In this document: positions 58,430-64,000 of the stretch, piece after piece
Layout of the letters: each line of letters begins with the position of its first letter
How positions within the stretch are numbered: the first letter of the stretch is position 1
Assembly (NCBI GenBank): GCA_032718475.1
Contig: JAUCBJ010003493.1
Location: 1-64,000 of the forward strand
DNA from: Nemertoderma westbladi
Lineage: Eukaryota; Animalia; Xenacoelomorpha
Length of the DNA: 64,000 nt
Reading direction: 5' to 3'
The notes under the pieces: model-generated
The model's input: the letters and a program-made list of their open reading frames with translations, nothing else
Databases searched by the model: none
Told to the model about the DNA's origin: nothing
Translations under genes and position numbers: made by a program

Positions 58430-61400
58430 CGCCACAACTCCCTATCGCCCATGACATTTTCTAGATCATCCGCATCTTCAAGGCCAGTGTCCTTTAAGAT
58501 GCGTCTCAAGAAAGTCATGGGCTGTCCACCATGCTTATTCACTCCATGAGGCTGCCAAAGTACAAGATTATGCACTGGCTGGTCCTCACGGCGAAAGCAA
58601 TGTCCTGCAAAACGGAGGCGATTTTGTTCTAGTGTCAAGCTTGGGAGAACCAATGAGACACATCCAATGTTATATAGTGTCTGGTTGGAGATGTGTGCAT
58701 TGTACTTGACACAATGAACCCAGCGTAGCATTCTTGTGAATGTGCCATCCAGAGATTTGGTGTCCTCAGCAGTTAGAGCCCAGCATGGACTCCCGTAGAG
58801 GAGTACTGGAACTACTGCTGCTCTAAATAATCGGACCTTAAGTTTCCGATTAATTCTCGGTGACTTCCAAATCCTGGAAAGCCTATTCAAGGCTGCCCAT
58901 GCCTTTCCCTTACGTATTCGAAGGTCCTCACCGGACTTCCGGAACCATGATCCTAGGTAACAGAAGTCGTCCACATGCTCAAGCATACCTTCCTTTGAGC
59001 TTATGCTCATCCGATCAGAGACTTGCTGAGGACTTTCAAAGTTGAATGTCAGAGTTTTGGTCTTTCTGGAGTTAATAAAAAGACCAACACTAGAAGCAGC
59101 ATGTTCTAATGAGCTGAGGAGCCGTTGGGCTCCCTCTAATGATTCTGAGAGTACTCCTAAGTCATCAGCAAAGTCTAGATCAGTTAGGTACTTGGCAGGA
59201 TTTCCTCGACTTCTGGAGCCAGTAGGTGGAGTTATCATCACCCCCATCATCATTATAATGATCTAAGGACATGCATAGAACATAGTCAACCACAATAATG
59301 AACAAGAATGGTGCAAGTGTGTCTCCTTGGAGGACGCCCCATAACACTTCAAATGGTTCTGTGTCACCGTCAACAGTAGACACAAATGTTGTCAAACCAT
59401 CGTATACTGATCTGATTGCTGCAATAATTTCATCAGGAATCCCATATAATGAAAGTATGCTGAACATACGTGAGCGAGAGACTGAATCAAAGGCCTTGAA
59501 GACGTCAACAAAGATAACAGCCAGATGCCTGTCTTTCTTTTTTGATAACTCTTCAATTATCTTTCTAAGTGCCAAAATGGGCTCCATGGTCCCACGACCT
59601 TTACGGAACCCATTCTGATTTCCACGGAGCAGTCTCTCAATGGGATCCCTGATGCGATTTAATAGAATCCTATTGTATAGCTTTGCAGCAATCGAGATCA
59701 ATGAGATTCCCCGAAAAGAACCATAGAGTGTTAGGTTGCCCTTCTTGGGAACTGGCACCAACTTATTTGTTTTCATTTCTTGTGGGACTCTTGTTGTTCA
59801 GTACATGTCTACTATGATGGGATAGATGAGCTTTAAACACTCAGGTATTTTAAAGACCTCAGGGGGAACACCATCTACTCCACTGGCACGATTGGTCTTA
59901 ATGCTCTTTGCAGCAGCCTTCACTTCTGCAAAGGAGATATCGCCAATGGGAATATCAGGGAGTACAGACTCAGACACTTTTACTTCTATAAAGTTATCAG
60001 GCAATACCCTGTCATTATTGAGGAGCTTTTCAAAGTGGGCTTTCCAACCATTGAGGCGATCGGCTGGTGATTCAGCCTTAACCTTGGTGGTTGGCTGGCT
60101 TTTCCGCCCAGTAAGCAGATTGATCGATTTCCATGCCTGGGATGATTGCCTGCTGTCGTCAGCATCATTGATGGCATCAACCTGTTGGTTTATTAGCTCC
60201 TGTAGATTAGCAGAGTACTGTTTCTTCAGGGACCTAGATGCAGCCTTAACTGCATTCTTGGCCGCTGTAGTCTGTTTGAGTCGGGACTCTTTCTGCGCCT
60301 TATGAAGGTCATTTCGGCACTTCTGAATTTTGTTGTCAGTCCAGGGGGCCCTTTTCCTGTTTCGAGGGAATACAGGAACTGTTTCTGCAGCTGCTATCTT
60401 AACTGCTTCTGTAAAGGCAGTATAGCCCTCACAGTGATCTGCCGCCTCAGAGGCAAGAGCCTCATACCTGTTGCTGTAGTGTGAAGCTGGATCTCACACT
60501 TGGCTGTTGCAACAGAGAGGACCAGCCATGCCGCGGCAAGGCAGATTTCGTTGTTCTGCTAGCACGCAGACTAAGTATTACCTTGGCCACAATAAGGCGG
60601 TGATCACTGGAGAAGGGTCGAAGTGTAAATGCATTACAGTCTTGTATAGAGCTCCTGTATTTCCTACGAAATAGAATATGGTCTATCTGGGACTTGTGAC
60701 CACTGGGTCCACTATGAGTCCATAGCTTTCCAGTTCGCTTCTTAAACTGGGTTCCAGCCGAAAACAATCCATTTCCAGAGATAAAATCCTGAAGATGGAC
60801 ATAATTTCGGTTAACACTATTGCTATAGACACAGGGCGATGTAGGTGATTGATGCAGACTTGCATTAAAGTCTCCCAGGAATGTTAAGAATGCATGCTGA
60901 TCCACTCCATCAGATTGTAGATTGTGGTAGAAATTTTTCACCTCCTCTACAGGGGCAACACTAGTTGGAGAGTAGCACACAATCAGAACCACCTTAGGAA
61001 ACTTCTTAGCCAGTCTTCCAGAACATGAGAAGTGGCAACGGATGATGCGGTTAGAGATTTGGTCTATTTTGTCCAATGCTGCATGAGCAGTTGGATTCAT
61101 CAATAGACCAATTCCACCATTGCCACTATCATCTGCTGACGCGAGGGCGAGTCGCCAACCGCCCCCCATGTCCTTAATCAGAACCTCATCAGTCTGTCCA
61201 GTCTGCATTCGGTGCTCTTGAACACCCACTGCGCTAAGAGAAAGCTTATCTGCCAAGGCAGTCAGCTCACCTTGTCGCATTGGGGACCCGAGTGTTAGGG
61301 TGTTTACTGAGGCTAGTCTTGTGACTTGCCTCAGATTCACCAATGGCTTTGTTGGTCGGGGTGGAACATGAGAGTAGCTTCCAACTCCAGAATCCCTCTC

Positions 61401-61560
61401 CCCATCACAATCTGGCCTCCCTGGTGACCCAGGGTTTGGGCCAGAAAGGTCATCAGGAAAGGGACTCAAAGAATTGTTGACTGCTCTCTCTCCAGTAGGG
61501 GGTGAGACAGGCAGCCGGTCAGGAGTTAACTGACGCCTGTGTAGGCCGATTGTGTCCTGT
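58430..61560 (-). mobile_element. RTE-clade LINE copy (longer 5' end, 3' tail missing, frameshifted)
   Basis: Reverse complement of 44638-47502 plus ~270 bp of extra 5' sequence. APE in 60462-61469; RT in 59180-59776 and 58372-59253. Confidence 0.95.
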
Positions 61561-61719
61561 TTTTTTTTTGACAGGGGAGAATTAATTAAGATAATTTTTA
61601 TTTTACTTTGATATATATATTTTTGAGTACCTGTAATGCTAACTTATATATTTGATAATTTCGTTAATCACATTATGTACTACATTGTTTGTTTCCAAGT
61701 TATTTATTTGTACTTCCAG

Positions 61720-62193
61720 ATCCTGTTATTGCTGTGAAGGTATACACCAAGTTCATTCCCAATAGTACCGAACCGTCGGTATCTAACAACTCAATTGATT
61801 ATTGCGAAGGAGAAACAGCGAGTTGGAATATTTATTGTATCGGATATGTAGATGGCAATAACCCTGGAATATCGGAAACAAAGTTGGTGGTAAAGAAACC
61901 TCCGTATAAGATAGAACTCGGTCTCACTCGCTACCATTCCGGTTCCAATGCAGTGTCGATCACCGAATATCCAAAACGCGGTTGTATACTGAAGGGAACC
62001 TACCGTACAGAAGACCCTCCAAACAGTCCGCCACTCATTGCTGGGGAAACAGCCGTACCACATTACATCGACTACGAGTTTACCGGCTGCACGGAGGAAG
62101 ACGCTGGCGAATACGACTGTGAACTACGAGTTCAGAATTCTTGGGACTTCGATCCCTCTAGTAATGGTGTTACTGTCACCTTCAACAGAAATT
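61720..62193 (+). CDS. Internal exon of a host gene encoding one immunoglobulin-superfamily domain
   Basis: Acceptor TTTGTACTTCCAG|, donor |GTGAGT; 474 bp, symmetric phase 1-1; B-strand IYC and F-strand DAGEYDC motifs. Confidence 0.8.
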
Positions 62194-62799
62194 GTGAGTA
62201 TCTTATTTTGCTACAAATTATAAATATGACTTATATGCATTCTTCAGTTCGCCACGCTTTCGATCCAGTTTGGTCCAGATTCGTGTAGAGTAATATCACC
62301 ATGAGATCATTTTTTTATGAAAAGGGTCGTATTCAATTTTAAAATATCGTGCTGCTCAAAGGCTTGTCAAAAATCAGACTAGCTCTTACCTTTTTGCAAA
62401 CAACTTGAGTTTGAGAAAAGAAATGAGAAAACTGCTTGGAGATTTGAAATCTCCGTTACATTAACGATTACACCATTGACAATTTCCAAAATAGGGGGGG
62501 GGGGGGGGGGGGGTGCTAAAACTTTGCCCCCCTTTAAAATAGCTACTATTCGCTGCGAATTTTCGGGTTTAACTTTACCCTTCAATTAAAGAAAAATAAT
62601 ATTATATATTATTTTGTTATTTCATTATGACCTAAATACTAAAATGATTGGGATTCATCTTTACAAAAATGTTCTGATCTCTCTCAACACCAGCAAATAG
62701 TACTGTAACTATTTTTAAGTGACTTGAGTGGTTTTTCAATTTTTGAAAAAATATAATTTAAAATATATAATATTAATTGGTAAACCACATCATACACGT

Positions 62800-63120
62800 A
62801 TACAACATGGCCCTGAATATAGTGTCGTTATTCAGTTACCTGCCCCCACGCCCCCCCCCCCCCCCCCCCAAAAAAAAAAATTTCTACAAAACGAGATTTG
62901 AAATAGTGATAGATGCACTCAACTCCTCGACTGGGTAGGTGAGTCAGAGTGTAAAAATGTAAAAATATTTGAATTCGGTTGGGAAATAGCTGAGATATAG
63001 GCGTTCGAAAGTTGCATGAATTTTCTTCGGCTGCAGGCCATTTATTCAGTATTATATAATATTCATTAATAAATTCAAAAATATTCTGTAATATTTTGTT
63101 TATCTCTTAAGTAGCTGGGA
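62800..63120. mobile_element. Internally deleted copy of the TA-CACCATG MITE family
   Basis: TACAACATGGCCCTGAATATAGTGTCG, poly-C, then blocks matching 2340-2420 and 2565-2640. Confidence 0.7.
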
Positions 63121-63630
63121 AACAATGCAATGCCTATATGATAATACTAGTATTAAGTACACCATAACCCTTAATACAACAACCATTTATAGGGGGTCGG
63201 TACCCCCACCCCCCCCCCCCCCCCCCTCTAATTATTTTCAAATTTCAATAAAATGCTAAGAAATTCGGTAAGATGATAGATCTTACTGGTGGCCTGGCCG
63301 GATTTTTCAATTTCTCAGTTATTTCCATACAACAAGCCCTTAAAAATGTCTATTTAGCAATGTTTAACCACATCCGTAGACTTTATTTTACGTCTTTGTA
63401 ATGTAAACTAGATATCATTAAAACCGCCTTCGTCTGTAGATTCCGAATCTGAAAACTGTTTTAAATTTCACCAGTATTTTCCTGAGATATTATCAACATT
63501 CAAAGGCATACATTTTATGACGTAAATCTACATTATTCTAATGTATAATATAATATGTCTCTATTCTAGAATATTAGTTATTATTTATCTAAGTGTTTGT
63601 AAAGCTCGTTCTAAAAGCTGTGTTTAAATA

Positions 63631-64000
63631 ATTCATATCCGCACTGAGAAACCACTTCACGTCGCCGACCACAATGCGATGATGGGTCGCATCCTCACAG
63701 AGAGTCGGATTACCCAGGATGCCGCTTATAACGCCAAGGCAGAACAGTTAGTGGCCTTTCTTCCTGCCAGCCAGCGCCGAACCATTGAACGGGCCGTTAC
63801 TAATAAGACTGGCGGATGGCTCAGAGCCCAACCATCAGCCGTGGATCACACCGACCTCAGTCCCAACGAGTTCCTTGATAGCCTAGCACTCCGCTATGGC
63901 CTCATTCCACCGGGCCTCCCGACTAATAGCGAAGGCCCGAATTGCGGGCACTTCACCACATCTCATGCCCTCAGCTGCAAATCTGGGGGCCTGGTGATAA
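63631..64000 (+). mobile_element. 5'-truncated fragment of a second CRE-like element (C-terminal region, runs off the window)
   Basis: Open frame TGGWLRAQP..LSPNEFLDSLALRYGLIPPGLPT..FTTSHALSCKSGG parallels ASAWLSVLP..FRDALCLRYGWTPAKLPT..FTVSHSLHCPTGG at 21150-21330. Confidence 0.8.

Noticed and set aside
61689-62288. 199-aa ORF as a complete gene
   Set aside because: Its ends are intron read-through; splice signals delimit an internal exon at 61720-62193.

Overview
AT-rich eukaryotic DNA, apparently animal (invertebrate), made up mostly of nested transposable elements. One clear host exon is visible: a phase-1/1 Ig-domain exon at 61720-62193. Elements resolved by TSDs or in-window empty sites: (1) a family of TA-flanked foldback MITEs; (2) an apparently full-length CRE-like non-LTR element carrying a Ulp1/C48 protease (16160-22026), interrupted by a solo LTR; (3) two BEL/Pao LTR elements (24586-37507 and 43085-56005), both lacking RT/RNase H and both carrying an apparently homologous extra CxxC...CxxH ORF after pol; (4) three copies of one RTE-clade LINE, one fused in frame to a BEL gag start; (5) Penelope-like remnants, one with a minimal hammerhead ribozyme; (6) a DIRS/Ngaro-like gag ORF split by a BEL insertion. 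The most striking non-TE-like item is a stand-alone, uninterrupted ~1.87 kb ORF (11884-13752). It resembles a class III viral fusion glycoprotein (chuvirus G / herpes gB-like) and has no recognisable viral or LTR context. All family assignments come from motif recognition by eye; no database search was run.
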